Assembly: GCF_045120835.1 (NCBI RefSeq)
Contig: NZ_JBGVFE010000115.1
Coordinates: 2,499 to 34,498 of the forward strand
Origin: Methanobrevibacter sp.
GTDB lineage: Archaea; Methanobacteriota; Methanobacteria; Methanobacteriales; Methanobacteriaceae
DNA: 32,000 bases
Direction of reading: 5' to 3'
Part shown: one piece after another, positions 1 to 8,556 of the stretch
How positions within the stretch are numbered: position 1 is the first letter of the stretch
Layout of the letters: each line of letters begins with the position of its first letter
The notes under the pieces: model-generated
Seen by the model: the letters and a program-made list of their open reading frames with translations, nothing else
Told to the model about the DNA's origin: nothing
Databases searched by the model: none
Program-made: the position numbers and the translations under genes

Positions 1-1527
1 CAGGCTCTATCTGTTTTAACTGCTAAACAAGAGTTAATTTCAACCTCCCTTTCTTTAGTCACCGAACGTGATGGTAAAGTATATTCAGATGATAAAGTAC
101 CTATTGCATACCCTGGCATCAGCAATAAAATCACCATTACAGTAAATACTAATAAAAATGCTACTTATGTTGTTAAATTATTAGCAGATGGTGTGGAAAT
201 TGATTCTACTGAAGTATATTTAACTGCTGGAACTCAAAAAGTATCTTTAATTGATAATACAATTAGGCCTGTAACTCCTTCTACTACTTATACTGGAAGA
301 ACAGGAACTTATGACAAAGTTAATTACACTGCTCAATTATTATTAAAAGATGAAATTTTAAATAATAAATCTATTGATGCAGTTTTATTATATAATGGAT
401 ACTTCAATAAAGCATTATATAATCAGACTAGTACAGAACCTTTCTTTAAAGGAACTATCACTGGAGATATCGTTATTGATGGTTCTAATTTTATAGGTGC
501 TGATGGAAATGGTAAATATGCTTCTGGTACACAAAATAGGGTTGATAATTGGACTGTTAGTTTAAAAAGCGGTTCAGTAATTGTTAAAGCATTTATTTAT
601 GTTCCATACACTTCCATTTCTGGAGATAATGCTAACATGTTAGATGCTACCTTTAATAAAAAATCATTAACTCCTGTTGCATTTATTAGGGATCAACCTA
701 ATGCAGTAGGTAACGGTGGTTATGGTGTTTTAGTCTATGACGTAACTAATTGCATTATAAATGGAAATAATTCATTGGAATTAAATAGAAACCTTAGTGG
801 TGGTATTTATCCTAGTACTTTAATCTATTTGTACAATTCTACTGAAAGTAAAGTTATCAAAGATGTTTATATTTCAAATTGTGCAGATTTATTAGGTGCT
901 TATGGAAATGGTGATAGAAAACTTCAAATTGATTCCACTTTAGATATTTCATCTAAAGATGCAAATAATGTTACAGTTTATATTTTCGGTGCAGGTTCTG
1001 AACCTGGTAGGGCTAGCATTTCCATAAATGGAGTACTTGATGATAATGTGTGGAATATTACAAATAATGGTTCTGTAGTTAAAAATACAATTGGTGTTTA
1101 TCAAAAAGATATTACTAGTACCGCAAAAGATAGTAATAATGTCTCAGTTATTCTTAACAAAGGAATGTTTTTAGCTTTACAACAAATTGTTGTTGTAACT
1201 AAAGTCAAAGAGGACCCAACACCTACTCCGGAACCTGTAGTAGTTAAGAAAGCTACCATAACTGCTAAAAAAGCAACCTTTAAAGCTAAGAAAAAAGTTA
1301 AAAAATACGCTATAGCCTTAAAATCTGGTAAAACTCCTATTAAAAGTGCAAAAGTAACACTCAAAATAGGTAAAAAAACTTTCAAAGCAACAACCAATGC
1401 TAAAGGTAAAGCTATCTTTAAAATCAAAAAATTAACCAAAAAAGGTAAATACAAAGCGGTTGTTAAATTTGCAGGTAACAATGCTTATAAAGCAGCAACC
1501 AAGAAAGTTAAAATTACACTTAAATAG
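1..1527 (+). CDS. Adhesin-like surface protein, 5'-truncated by the window edge, with a Lys-rich Ig-like C-terminal domain
   Basis: Frame 1 is open from nt 1, with no stop before the GTG at 193, so the ORF enters from upstream. The body is Asn/Thr/Gly-rich. A PTPTPEP linker is followed by the K-rich segment KKATITAKKATFKAKKK...KVKITLK, typical of Methanobrevibacter adhesin-like proteins. Confidence 0.7.
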   Translation, partial: QALSVLTAKQELISTSLSLVTERDGKVYSDDKVPIAYPGISNKITITVNTNKNATYVVKLLADGVEIDSTEVYLTAGTQKVSLIDNTIRPVTPSTTYTGRTGTYDKVNYTAQLLLKDEILNNKSIDAVLLYNGYFNKALYNQTSTEPFFKGTITGDIVIDGSNFIGADGNGKYASGTQNRVDNWTVSLKSGSVIVKAFIYVPYTSISGDNANMLDATFNKKSLTPVAFIRDQPNAVGNGGYGVLVYDVTNCIINGNNSLELNRNLSGGIYPSTLIYLYNSTESKVIKDVYISNCADLLGAYGNGDRKLQIDSTLDISSKDANNVTVYIFGAGSEPGRASISINGVLDDNVWNITNNGSVVKNTIGVYQKDITSTAKDSNNVSVILNKGMFLALQQIVVVTKVKEDPTPTPEPVVVKKATITAKKATFKAKKKVKKYAIALKSGKTPIKSAKVTLKIGKKTFKATTNAKGKAIFKIKKLTKKGKYKAVVKFAGNNAYKAATKKVKITLK

Positions 1528-1560
1528 AGATTAATTTCTCTATTTCCCTTTCTTTTTTTC
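1525..1560 (+). terminator. Hairpin plus T-tract terminator of the adhesin-like gene
   Basis: The stop codon TAG forms the first 3 nt of the hairpin TAGAGA-ttaatt-TCTCTA (1525-1542). It is followed by tttccctttcttttttt. Confidence 0.5.
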
Positions 1561-1596
1561 TAAAATTATTTTAACCAATTTTAACAAAGTATTTCT

Positions 1597-2181
1597 ATGA
1601 AAGTTTTTGGAATCTGCGCAAGTCCAAGAAATGATACCACATATTATGCTTTAAGCGAAGCTTTGAGTCATTTAGAAAATCATGATTTTGAAACTGAAAT
1701 CTTCACATGCCGGGGAAAGGATTTAAAGCCATGCATGCACTGCGATTACTGTTTAGAAAACAAGAAATGCATAATCCAGGATGACATGGCTGAAGTCTAT
1801 GAAAACCTCCTGAACTCAGACGGAATCATCCTTGCAACGCCTGTCCAGTCAGGATCCGTATCCGCAAACATGTCAATAATCATGGACCGCACAAGAGCCC
1901 TTGAAGCTGTTGACTACAACATCCTAAGGGGCAAAATCGGAATGAGCATTGCCGTTGGAGGCGACCGTACTGGAGGCCAGGACTTTGCACATCTCTCAAA
2001 CATCACATATTTCATGATTCATGGAATAATCCCGGTCAGCGGAGGGCCTTTCGGTTCCAACCTTGGAGCTTCATTCTGGTCTAGAGACTCCCTGGATGAG
2101 ATGAAAAGGGACACTTACGGAATGGAGTCACTGAAAAGGACTTTAAAGGAATTTGAAAATTTCCTGAATAAATATATTTAA
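1597..2181 (+). CDS. Iron-sulfur flavoprotein (Isf) / NADPH-dependent FMN reductase family
   Basis: The N-terminus is flavodoxin-like (MKVFGICASPR). The compact Cys motif CMHCDYCLENKKC (C-x2-C-x2-C-x5-C) is characteristic of methanogen ISF proteins. Confidence 0.75.
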   Translation: MKVFGICASPRNDTTYYALSEALSHLENHDFETEIFTCRGKDLKPCMHCDYCLENKKCIIQDDMAEVYENLLNSDGIILATPVQSGSVSANMSIIMDRTRALEAVDYNILRGKIGMSIAVGGDRTGGQDFAHLSNITYFMIHGIIPVSGGPFGSNLGASFWSRDSLDEMKRDTYGMESLKRTLKEFENFLNKYI

Positions 2182-2231
2182 ATAGTATAATTTAGTTAAA
2201 ATACATTAAAACACTTTTTATAGGTTATAAT

Positions 2232-3788
2232 ATGGCTAACAAGTTAGTAAGGGGTAGTTTGATAATTCTCATAGGTAACATAATTTTCCGTCTGGGAGGT
2301 TATATATACCGTTTCTTAATGGCAATACTTTTAGGTCCTACTGCCTATGGTATTTTAGGAATTACATTGCCGTTTCAGGGAATTTTTCAGACATTGTCAG
2401 CCGGTGGGCTTCCTCCTGCCATTGCAAAATACGTAGCGGAGTATGAAGCCGTCGGTGAGCATGACATGGCTCGCCAGACTATCTACACGGCCCTGAAGAT
2501 AATGGTATTTCTGGGACTTCTGTTTGGAGTGCTGATGATATTTGTCGTTGCTCCATGGCTTGCCCATTCATATCTTCACAAGCCTCTGGCAATGGTTCCG
2601 CTTCAGATTGTTGGTCTCATCACTCCGTTCAGCGTCATTGTCGGTGCCTTCAGGGGAGCCTTTCAGGGCGTATATAAGATGGAGTATATCGTATACACCC
2701 GTGCTGTAGAGCAGTTGGGTATGATTCTTTTTGCTACAGCCTTCGTTTTAATCGGCCTTTCAACAGTCGGTGCATTGTGGGGTACTGTCCTTGGATATTC
2801 GCTTTCTGTAGTGGCTGCACTCTATATCTTCAAGGTCCACATGCCGAAGTATATTCCAAAGCCTAGCGATGATTTTGTATTTTCAAGAAAGGACAAGCTG
2901 AGCCTTGCGGGAACACTGGTAAAATTTTCCATACCGGTCATCATTACCGCAATTGCTGAAATGCTCATCTACAATATCTGCACAATCGTCATGGGCAGAT
3001 TCCTGACCTTTGACGACATCGGGTTTTTCGCAGCTGCAGATCCGATTGCAAGACTTCCCCTAATCATTTCGGTTTCCATTGCAACAACAATTCTTCCGGC
3101 ATCCTCTGAAGCCTTCAAGCTTAAGGATAACGAAACCCTCCAGAAATATGTTTCAGAGGCATACAAGTATTCGCTGCTGTTTGTTGTGCCTATGTGTGTC
3201 GGCCTTGCCATGTTTGCAAGCCCTACTTTGAGGATTTTATACTTTAAAAATCCGGCATATGTTGCAGGTGCATCAGCCCTTGCCATATTGTCAATCGGAA
3301 TGACATTCTATTCAATATTTGCAATATCAACAAGCATAATTCAAGGAATAGGTAATCCTAGAATTCCAATGTATATTCTTGTCGGTGGAGCTATCGTTAC
3401 CGGACTTTTGAACTGGCTGATGGTTCCGAGCATGGGAATTGCAGGCGGGGCATTGGCTACAAGCATCGCATGCTTCTTGATGATGGTGCCGTGCATCTAT
3501 TTCGTATTCAGATTGACTAAGACCAGTGCCCCTACAAAATCGATAGTAAAGATTATTCTCGCATCCCTGATAATGGCAGTTTTCGCCATCGTTATACCTA
3601 AAGATGCATTTTGGCTATTCCCAGGCATTTTCATATGTGTCATAGTTTATTTCTTTGCCTTGATTTTGGTTAAATTCTTCCAGAAAGACGATATTGAAAG
3701 TTTAAGGCAGTTGTCTTCAAGATTTGGTCCGATAGCCAAGATTGTCAATAAAGTTTTGAATTTCATTGAAAGGATTGAATTCAGATAA
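2232..3788 (+). CDS. MOP-superfamily (Wzx/MurJ-like) polysaccharide/lipid-linked oligosaccharide flippase
   Basis: The 518-aa protein is highly hydrophobic with multiple predicted TM spans. Its overall pattern is that of polysaccharide biosynthesis protein / flippase families. Confidence 0.7.
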   Translation: MANKLVRGSLIILIGNIIFRLGGYIYRFLMAILLGPTAYGILGITLPFQGIFQTLSAGGLPPAIAKYVAEYEAVGEHDMARQTIYTALKIMVFLGLLFGVLMIFVVAPWLAHSYLHKPLAMVPLQIVGLITPFSVIVGAFRGAFQGVYKMEYIVYTRAVEQLGMILFATAFVLIGLSTVGALWGTVLGYSLSVVAALYIFKVHMPKYIPKPSDDFVFSRKDKLSLAGTLVKFSIPVIITAIAEMLIYNICTIVMGRFLTFDDIGFFAAADPIARLPLIISVSIATTILPASSEAFKLKDNETLQKYVSEAYKYSLLFVVPMCVGLAMFASPTLRILYFKNPAYVAGASALAILSIGMTFYSIFAISTSIIQGIGNPRIPMYILVGGAIVTGLLNWLMVPSMGIAGGALATSIACFLMMVPCIYFVFRLTKTSAPTKSIVKIILASLIMAVFAIVIPKDAFWLFPGIFICVIVYFFALILVKFFQKDDIESLRQLSSRFGPIAKIVNKVLNFIERIEFR

Positions 3789-3850
3789 TCGAAAAGTTAT
3801 TTATATATAAAAAATATATTTACAATTATTATATTTCGGGGGATTTATAA

Positions 3851-4543
3851 ATGACTGATGTTAGAGCAGGTGTTGAATATAAAATCAATGTAGATGGCAA
3901 CTCTTTTTTGCTTGACAGTAAAAAGTACAATTTGCTCGTGTCTATTTTAGAAACCGGTTCTTTGACTGCGGCAGCAAAGGAAATCAACGTTTCCTACAGG
4001 ACTGCATTAAATTATATAGATAAAATCGAATCAACCTTAGATGTAAAGGTTGTAAGCACCACCAAAGGCGGAAAAGGTGGGGGTGGAGGAACCTCATTGA
4101 CTGAGGAAGGCTACTCCATCCTAAAAGAATGCAAAAAGATCAATGCCATAATGGAATTGCACAAGGATGTCAATGAAATCGAGGCCGAAGTCATTGATAT
4201 AAACGAAACCAAAGGCGTAATGACTATAAAGATGGATGAATTTGAAATCAACGCTCCACTGAACAGGAATTATGAAATTGGAGATGTGATATTGGCTTTG
4301 ATCAGTTACGACAATATATTTTTAATGTTGGAGCCGCAGGCTTCAAGCATTCGTAATATACTGAAAGGACAAATTGTTGAAATGAAACTTGAAGGCGAAA
4401 TCATTCGCGTCAAGGTCAATGTGGGCGGCATCACATTATGCAGCGACATTACAGTTTCTGCCGAAAAGGAACTGAACCTAAATATCGGCAAGGAAATCTA
4501 TATAGGATTCAAGGCAATGTCAGTTGCAACCTTGAAGTTATAG
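3851..4543 (+). CDS. ModE-like transcriptional regulator (N-terminal HTH with Gly-rich loop, C-terminal TOBE-like domain)
   Basis: The HTH segment is GSLTAAAKEINVSYRTALNYIDKIE, followed by KGGKGGGGGTSLTEEG as in the ModE N-domain. The C-terminal beta-rich half resembles a TOBE domain. The SD GGGGGAT lies 6 nt upstream of the ATG. Confidence 0.65.
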   Translation: MTDVRAGVEYKINVDGNSFLLDSKKYNLLVSILETGSLTAAAKEINVSYRTALNYIDKIESTLDVKVVSTTKGGKGGGGGTSLTEEGYSILKECKKINAIMELHKDVNEIEAEVIDINETKGVMTIKMDEFEINAPLNRNYEIGDVILALISYDNIFLMLEPQASSIRNILKGQIVEMKLEGEIIRVKVNVGGITLCSDITVSAEKELNLNIGKEIYIGFKAMSVATLKL

Positions 4544-4562
4544 CATTATTGGAGGCAGTTGG

Positions 4563-4763
4563 ATGTTACGGATTTTGGTTGATGAAGACAAATGTATCGG
4601 ATGTGGAAAGTGTGCAGAAATCTGTCCCAAATCAGCCAAAATTTGGAAGGTTGGTAGCGTTGCACGTATATTGGATTTGAGATATTGCCATGTCTGTACG
4701 CTATGTGCAATGGAATGTCCTACAGACTGCATTAAAATCATACGTCCGGGCGAAGAAGCCTAA
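4563..4763 (+). CDS. 2x[4Fe-4S] ferredoxin
   Basis: Two clusters are present: CIGCGKCAEICP and CHVCTLCAMECP. The SD-like GGAGG lies upstream. The gene starts 19 nt after the ModE-like gene. Confidence 0.85.
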   Translation: MLRILVDEDKCIGCGKCAEICPKSAKIWKVGSVARILDLRYCHVCTLCAMECPTDCIKIIRPGEEA

Positions 4764-4802
4764 ATTATTGAAGCTAAAATTAATTATTTGATAGGTTAAA
4801 TC

Positions 4803-5381
4803 ATGACTAGAATTGCAAATCTTTCAAGAAAAACATCGGAGACCGATATCGAAATAAAAATGAATCTGGATGGAACAGGCAAATACAGCATTTCAACAGG
4901 TGTAAACTTCTTCAATCACATGCTGGAATCATTTTCAAAACATTCCATGATAGATTTGGATGTCAAGGCTGAAGGAGACCTTGAAATAGATGACCACCAC
5001 ACTATCGAGGATGTCGGAATTCTTTTAGGCGAAACATTCCTTGAGGCTATCGGCGATAAAAAAGGCATTAGAAGAATGGCTCATGCTATTGTACCGATGG
5101 ATGAGTCAGTCTCAACTGTGGCAATTGATATAGGCGGACGCAGCTACTGCAACATGAATCTTGACTTCAAAAATGAAAAGATTGGTGACATGACCTCCGA
5201 CATTGTCATTCACTTTTTCGAGTCATTCTCATCAAGCGCTAAAATAAACATCTATGGCACTGTTGAAGGTGAAAATGATCACCACAAGGCCGAAGCAGTT
5301 TTTAAGGCATTTGCAAAAGCTTTAAAAGATGCAATAAAAATAGAACATGATCAGATTCCTTCCACAAAAGGAACATTATAG
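4803..5381 (+). CDS. hisB: Imidazoleglycerol-phosphate dehydratase
   Basis: The protein is 192 aa. It carries [27 protein letters not shown] and [14 protein letters not shown], which are hallmark HisB motifs. Confidence 0.93.
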   Translation: MTRIANLSRKTSETDIEIKMNLDGTGKYSISTGVNFFNHMLESFSKHSMIDLDVKAEGDLEIDDHHTIEDVGILLGETFLEAIGDKKGIRRMAHAIVPMDESVSTVAIDIGGRSYCNMNLDFKNEKIGDMTSDIVIHFFESFSSSAKINIYGTVEGENDHHKAEAVFKAFAKALKDAIKIEHDQIPSTKGTL

Positions 5382-5405
5382 CTAATTCTTAGCTATATTT
5401 TTTTC
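5379..5405 (+). terminator. hisB hairpin plus T-tract terminator
   Basis: The hairpin TAGCTAA-ttc-TTAGCTA starts with the TAG stop. It is followed by tattttttt. Confidence 0.55.
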
Positions 5406-5440
5406 AAAGGTTATGTAAAAAATATATTACATAATCATCA

Positions 5441-5476
5441 CAAAAAAAAGAAAATGAAAGTAGCAAATTTGCTACT
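5441..5476 (-). terminator. mtd hairpin plus T-tract terminator
   Basis: The perfect 18-nt palindrome AGTAGCAAATTTGCTACT (5459-5476) begins at the last base of the mtd TAA stop. On the minus strand it is followed by TTCATTTTCTTTTTTTTG. Confidence 0.6.
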
Positions 5477-6303
5477 TATTCTGGTTTTGAGATTAAATCT
5501 GTTTTGGAACCTGGGTTACCTTCTTTCATGTGAGGGGTTCTTAAAACAGTATCATTTGCTTTTTCGATTTCTCTAGCTTCTTGTGCTAATTTAGCAGCAC
5601 ATGCAGCGATTTCGTGAGCAGCAGCTACTAATGGGATGAAGTTTTCGAAACCTTTAGTCATGAAACAACCTTTCATGTCTAAGTTAGCAACGGATCCTGC
5701 CATTTCGTAAGCAGCGATAGCTTTTGCTTTTGCGTATGGGTTTGCAAATCCACCAGCTTCTGCAGCTTTTTCAGCAGTAACAATGAGTTTTGGTAATTCG
5801 ATTGCACCAGCTTCTGCTTGTGCAATAACATCGTCAATGGTTTTTTGGACTAATCTTAAAGCACCGGTTTCAGCGAGAACTTTTAAGATGTCTGAGTTGA
5901 AGATAGCCATTTCAGTTGGGTCTAACCATTCTCTTTTTGCACCAATCATTGGGTCAGACATTACGATAATGTAACCGAGACCTTGTTCATCCATTTCATC
6001 TTTTTTACCTTTACCAGGTGCGTCACCGATGATAATAGCTGGGATGTCTTTTGCAGATAACATTTCTCTTGCTTTAGCTGGTCCAGGAGCTCCTGGGTTT
6101 GGGCTAATGAAGATTGCAAAATCAGGTTCGAAAGCGTCTATTTTAGGTACGACGTCTTCTACTTGTTCTGGGTTCATTTTTGCTCCAGATCCAAAGGTTC
6201 TTACATCGATATTTGGTCTGTCTGCTCTTTCGTCTAACAATAAGTCAATTACTGGTGAAGTACCAATATTACCACTTTTAATAATAGCAATTTTTACTAC
6301 CAT
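5476..6303 (-). CDS. mtd: F420-dependent methylenetetrahydromethanopterin dehydrogenase
   Basis: The 275-aa protein starts MVVKIAIIKSGNIGTSPVIDLLLDERADRPNIDV and ends ...EKANDTVLRTPH. It is near-colinear with remembered Methanothermobacter Mtd. The SD AAGGAGAT lies upstream. Confidence 0.95.
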   Translation of the reverse strand: MVVKIAIIKSGNIGTSPVIDLLLDERADRPNIDVRTFGSGAKMNPEQVEDVVPKIDAFEPDFAIFISPNPGAPGPAKAREMLSAKDIPAIIIGDAPGKGKKDEMDEQGLGYIIVMSDPMIGAKREWLDPTEMAIFNSDILKVLAETGALRLVQKTIDDVIAQAEAGAIELPKLIVTAEKAAEAGGFANPYAKAKAIAAYEMAGSVANLDMKGCFMTKGFENFIPLVAAAHEIAACAAKLAQEAREIEKANDTVLRTPHMKEGNPGSKTDLISKPE

Positions 6304-6347
6304 AATTTTATCTCCTTATTTGATAATTAAAAATTTAGTATAGAAAG

Positions 6348-6355
6348 TATTTAAA
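6348..6355 (-). promoter_or_regulatory. Candidate TATA box of mtd
   Basis: The minus-strand sequence TTTAAATA matches the archaeal TATA consensus TTTAWATA. Its 3' end is 44 nt upstream of the mtd ATG, which predicts a 5'UTR of about 20 nt containing the SD. Confidence 0.45.
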
Positions 6356-6492
6356 TTTTATTATTTGAAATTTTAAGCCATTTTGTTGGTTTTTAAACAA
6401 ACAAATTTACACTATCAAAAAGAGTTAATTTAACCTTAAATTGAGAAAAAACACTTTAAAGGAGATAAAATTTTTTAAAAATAGAATATGAG

Positions 6493-6564
6493 TGGTTCCG
6501 ACGAGACTCGAACTCGTGATCCCCTCCTTGTAAGGGAGGTATCATACCACTAGACCACGGAACC
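6493..6564 (-). tRNA. tRNA-Val (anticodon UAC), 72 nt, CCA not encoded
   Basis: The reverse complement is GGTTCCGTGGTCTAGTGGTATGATACCTCCCTTACAAGGAGGGGATCACGAGTTCGAGTCTCGTCGGAACCA, which folds as a cloverleaf. The acceptor stem is GGTTCCG/CGGAACC. The anticodon stem is CCTCC/GGAGG with loop CTTACAA. The T arm is ACGAG-TTCGAGT-CTCGT. Confidence 0.9.
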
Positions 6565-6591
6565 AACAAACATTATTATGAATTTACTATT

Positions 6592-6603
6592 ATATATAAC
6601 TTT
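6592..6603 (-). promoter_or_regulatory. Candidate BRE/TATA promoter of tRNA-Val
   Basis: The minus-strand sequence is AAAGTTATATAT. The TATA 3' end lies 27 nt upstream of the tRNA 5' end, which is the classical archaeal spacing. Confidence 0.55.
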
Positions 6604-6690
6604 CTATTTTTCAAATTCTGCCTAAGAAAATTTTATTAGTCAATAAAAATATAATAGTAAATATAAAATTTATTTAATTGATGTGATAAA

Positions 6691-7614
6691 ATGGCTTGGG
6701 ATGACAAAGCAACAAAAGTATGGATAGATGGTGAATTCGTAGAATGGAAAGACGCAAACATATCAGTACTCTCACATGTAGTACACTATGGAACAAGCGT
6801 ATTTGAAGGAATAAGAGCATACTCAAACGAAAAGGGTGTTGCCGTATACAGACTCGAAGAACATGTTCAGAGGCTGTTTGACTCAGCAAAAATCTATAAG
6901 ATGGATATTCCATATACTCAGGATGAAATCGCTGAGGCAATAATCGAAACCGTCCGTGTAAACGAACTTGACGGATGCTACATACGCCCAATCGTATTTA
7001 GAGGTTATGGTGAACTTGGAGTAAATCCTTTAGGATGTCCTGTCAACGTTGCAATCGCAGCATGGGAATGGGGATCATATCTCGGTGAAGAAGGTATGGA
7101 AAACGGTGTTGACATCGGCGTTTCATCATGGAGAAAACCTGCACCGGACACTTTCCCGACACTTGCAAAATGCGGAGCAAACTACATGAACTCACAGCTT
7201 GCAAAGCTTGAAGCAATCGACAACGGATTTGATGAGGCAATCATGCTTGACTATGAAGGACATGTTTCTGAAGGCAGTGGAGAAAACATCTTTCTTGTAG
7301 AAGGGGACAAATTATACACTCCTACAATGGCGTCATCCAACCTCAGAGGAATCACAAGGGATTCAATCATGACAATCGCACGTGATTTAGGATATGAGGT
7401 CGTTGAAGAAACCATTTCAAGGGAAAGATTATACATTGCAGATGAAGTATTCTTCACAGGAACCGCAGCTGAAGTAACTCCAATCCGTTCAATCGATCAC
7501 AGAACAATCGGAATCGGTAAAAGAGGCCCTGTTTCAGAAAAAATACAATCTGCATTCTTTGATATTGTCGAAGCCAAAGTGGAAGACAAATACAACTGGT
7601 TATCATACATCTAA
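6691..7614 (+). CDS. ilvE: Branched-chain amino acid aminotransferase
   Basis: The protein is 307 aa. [35 protein letters not shown] and the fold-type IV PLP aminotransferase pattern run throughout. Confidence 0.92.
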   Translation: MAWDDKATKVWIDGEFVEWKDANISVLSHVVHYGTSVFEGIRAYSNEKGVAVYRLEEHVQRLFDSAKIYKMDIPYTQDEIAEAIIETVRVNELDGCYIRPIVFRGYGELGVNPLGCPVNVAIAAWEWGSYLGEEGMENGVDIGVSSWRKPAPDTFPTLAKCGANYMNSQLAKLEAIDNGFDEAIMLDYEGHVSEGSGENIFLVEGDKLYTPTMASSNLRGITRDSIMTIARDLGYEVVEETISRERLYIADEVFFTGTAAEVTPIRSIDHRTIGIGKRGPVSEKIQSAFFDIVEAKVEDKYNWLSYI

Positions 7615-7626
7615 GCGGTGTAGGCT

Positions 7627-8460
7627 ATGGATATACTACAGGCAATAATAATCGGTATAGTTCAGGGACTGACTGAGTTTTTACCGGTTAGCAGTTCTGC
7701 ACATTTGGTTTTTGTTCAAAACCTTTTGGGAGTTGAAAGCTCACTTGCTTTTGATACCTTCCTTCATCTGGGAACACTGATAGCGGTATTGTGGTTTTTC
7801 AGATATGACATTTATAAGATGATTAAATCCTGGCTTTCAAGTATCCAAGATATCCTGCAGGGAAGATTCAGGGAAGGTTTTTATTCAGATCCCTATAAAA
7901 GGCTTGCATGGTATGTGATTCTTGCAACAATTCCTGTCGGTATCGTTGGAGTATTGTTTGAGGATTCAGTTGATGCACTCTTTTCAGGTGCCCTCTATGT
8001 TCCTGCATTCTTTTTGTTTGTAACAGGAACAATACTATACCTCTCCCAAAGAATGACAAGCGGTGAGATTAACTACGATACTATCACAAAAAAAGAGGCG
8101 TTATTCATGGGATTGGGTCAGGCATGTGCAATCCTGCCGGGACTTTCAAGGTCAGGTACAACAATCGCAGCAGGTCTTACAATAGGCCTTGACAAGGAAT
8201 TTGCAGCAAAATTCAGTTTCATATTGTCAATACCTGCCATTTTGGGTGCATTCATCCTGCAGGTTAAGGATATTGGCTCAGCAATGGATGCAAACTTCTT
8301 TCCTATACTTTTAGGTTTTCTCGCATCAATAATTGCAGGTTATCTTGCAATCAAATGGATGCTTGACCTGATACAGAACAGAAACTTGGATATATTTTCA
8401 TATTATTGCTGGCTGATGGGTATAATAGTCTTTATGGGCTCAATCGCTCACATATTTTAG
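7627..8460 (+). CDS. uppP: Undecaprenyl-diphosphate phosphatase (BacA/UppP)
   Basis: The N-terminus is IVQGLTEFLPVSSSAHL, and PGLSRSGTTIA is present. The protein is polytopic membrane. It starts 12 nt after ilvE with the SD GGTG. Confidence 0.92.
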   Translation: MDILQAIIIGIVQGLTEFLPVSSSAHLVFVQNLLGVESSLAFDTFLHLGTLIAVLWFFRYDIYKMIKSWLSSIQDILQGRFREGFYSDPYKRLAWYVILATIPVGIVGVLFEDSVDALFSGALYVPAFFLFVTGTILYLSQRMTSGEINYDTITKKEALFMGLGQACAILPGLSRSGTTIAAGLTIGLDKEFAAKFSFILSIPAILGAFILQVKDIGSAMDANFFPILLGFLASIIAGYLAIKWMLDLIQNRNLDIFSYYCWLMGIIVFMGSIAHIF

Positions 8461-8491
8461 ATATAATCTATTATATCTTTTCTTTTTTTAG
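8459..8491 (+). terminator. uppP hairpin plus T-tract terminator
   Basis: The hairpin AGATATAAT-ct-ATTATATCT overlaps the TAG stop. It is followed by TTTCTTTTTTT. Confidence 0.55.
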
Positions 8492-8520
8492 ATATTAGTA
8501 AATAAGGAAATGATGGCCTA

Positions 8521-8556
8521 TAATAAAAATAAGGTTAGAGATTAAGTGAATCTCTA
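8521..8556 (-). terminator. cobT hairpin plus T-tract terminator
   Basis: The minus-strand hairpin TAGAGATT-cactt-AATCTCTA starts with the TAG stop. It is followed by ACCTTATTTTTATTA. Confidence 0.5.

Noticed and set aside
1101-1481. A 126-aa minus-strand ORF inside the adhesin-like gene.
   Set aside because: It is the antisense shadow of the Lys-rich (AAA/AAG) region, which reads as a Phe/Leu-rich low-complexity peptide. It has no SD and lies fully inside a better-supported gene.
2969-3286. The antisense or off-frame ORFs in the track that sit inside well-supported genes. They are 2969-3286, 4306-4491, 4438-4680, 4538-4741, 5783-5974, 6029-6343, 6674-6991, 7043-7457, 7868-8059, 8837-9446, 9795-10029, 10534-10758, 11294-11841, 13897-14805, 14873-15058, 15249-16298, 16630-17796, 17871-18929, 20239-21648, 22503-22691, 22887-24178, 26005-26187, 26879-27181, 28275-29454, 30190-30525 and 31356-31969.
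   Set aside because: All are nested in genes with clear family motifs. Their compositions (Ser/Leu/Arg/Cys-rich) are typical of non-coding frames, and none has an SD plus a recognisable domain.
6383-6440. AT-only palindromes in the mtd upstream spacer. They are TTGTTGGTTT-tt-AAACAAACAA and AATTTAA-cc-TTAAATT. Similar AT palindromes occur near 2170 and 3800.
   Set aside because: They are imperfect or composed purely of A/T in spacers of 75-80% AT. They are expected by chance and are not followed by T-tracts in a consistent orientation.
6488-6553. A 21-aa plus-strand ORF (MSGSDETRTRDPLLVREVSYH) downstream of the SD-like AAGGAGAT at 6460.
   Set aside because: It lies exactly antisense to tRNA-Val, and the SD-to-ATG spacing is about 20 nt. 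It is best explained as coincidental. The SD-like 14-mer is discussed instead as an inverted repeat.
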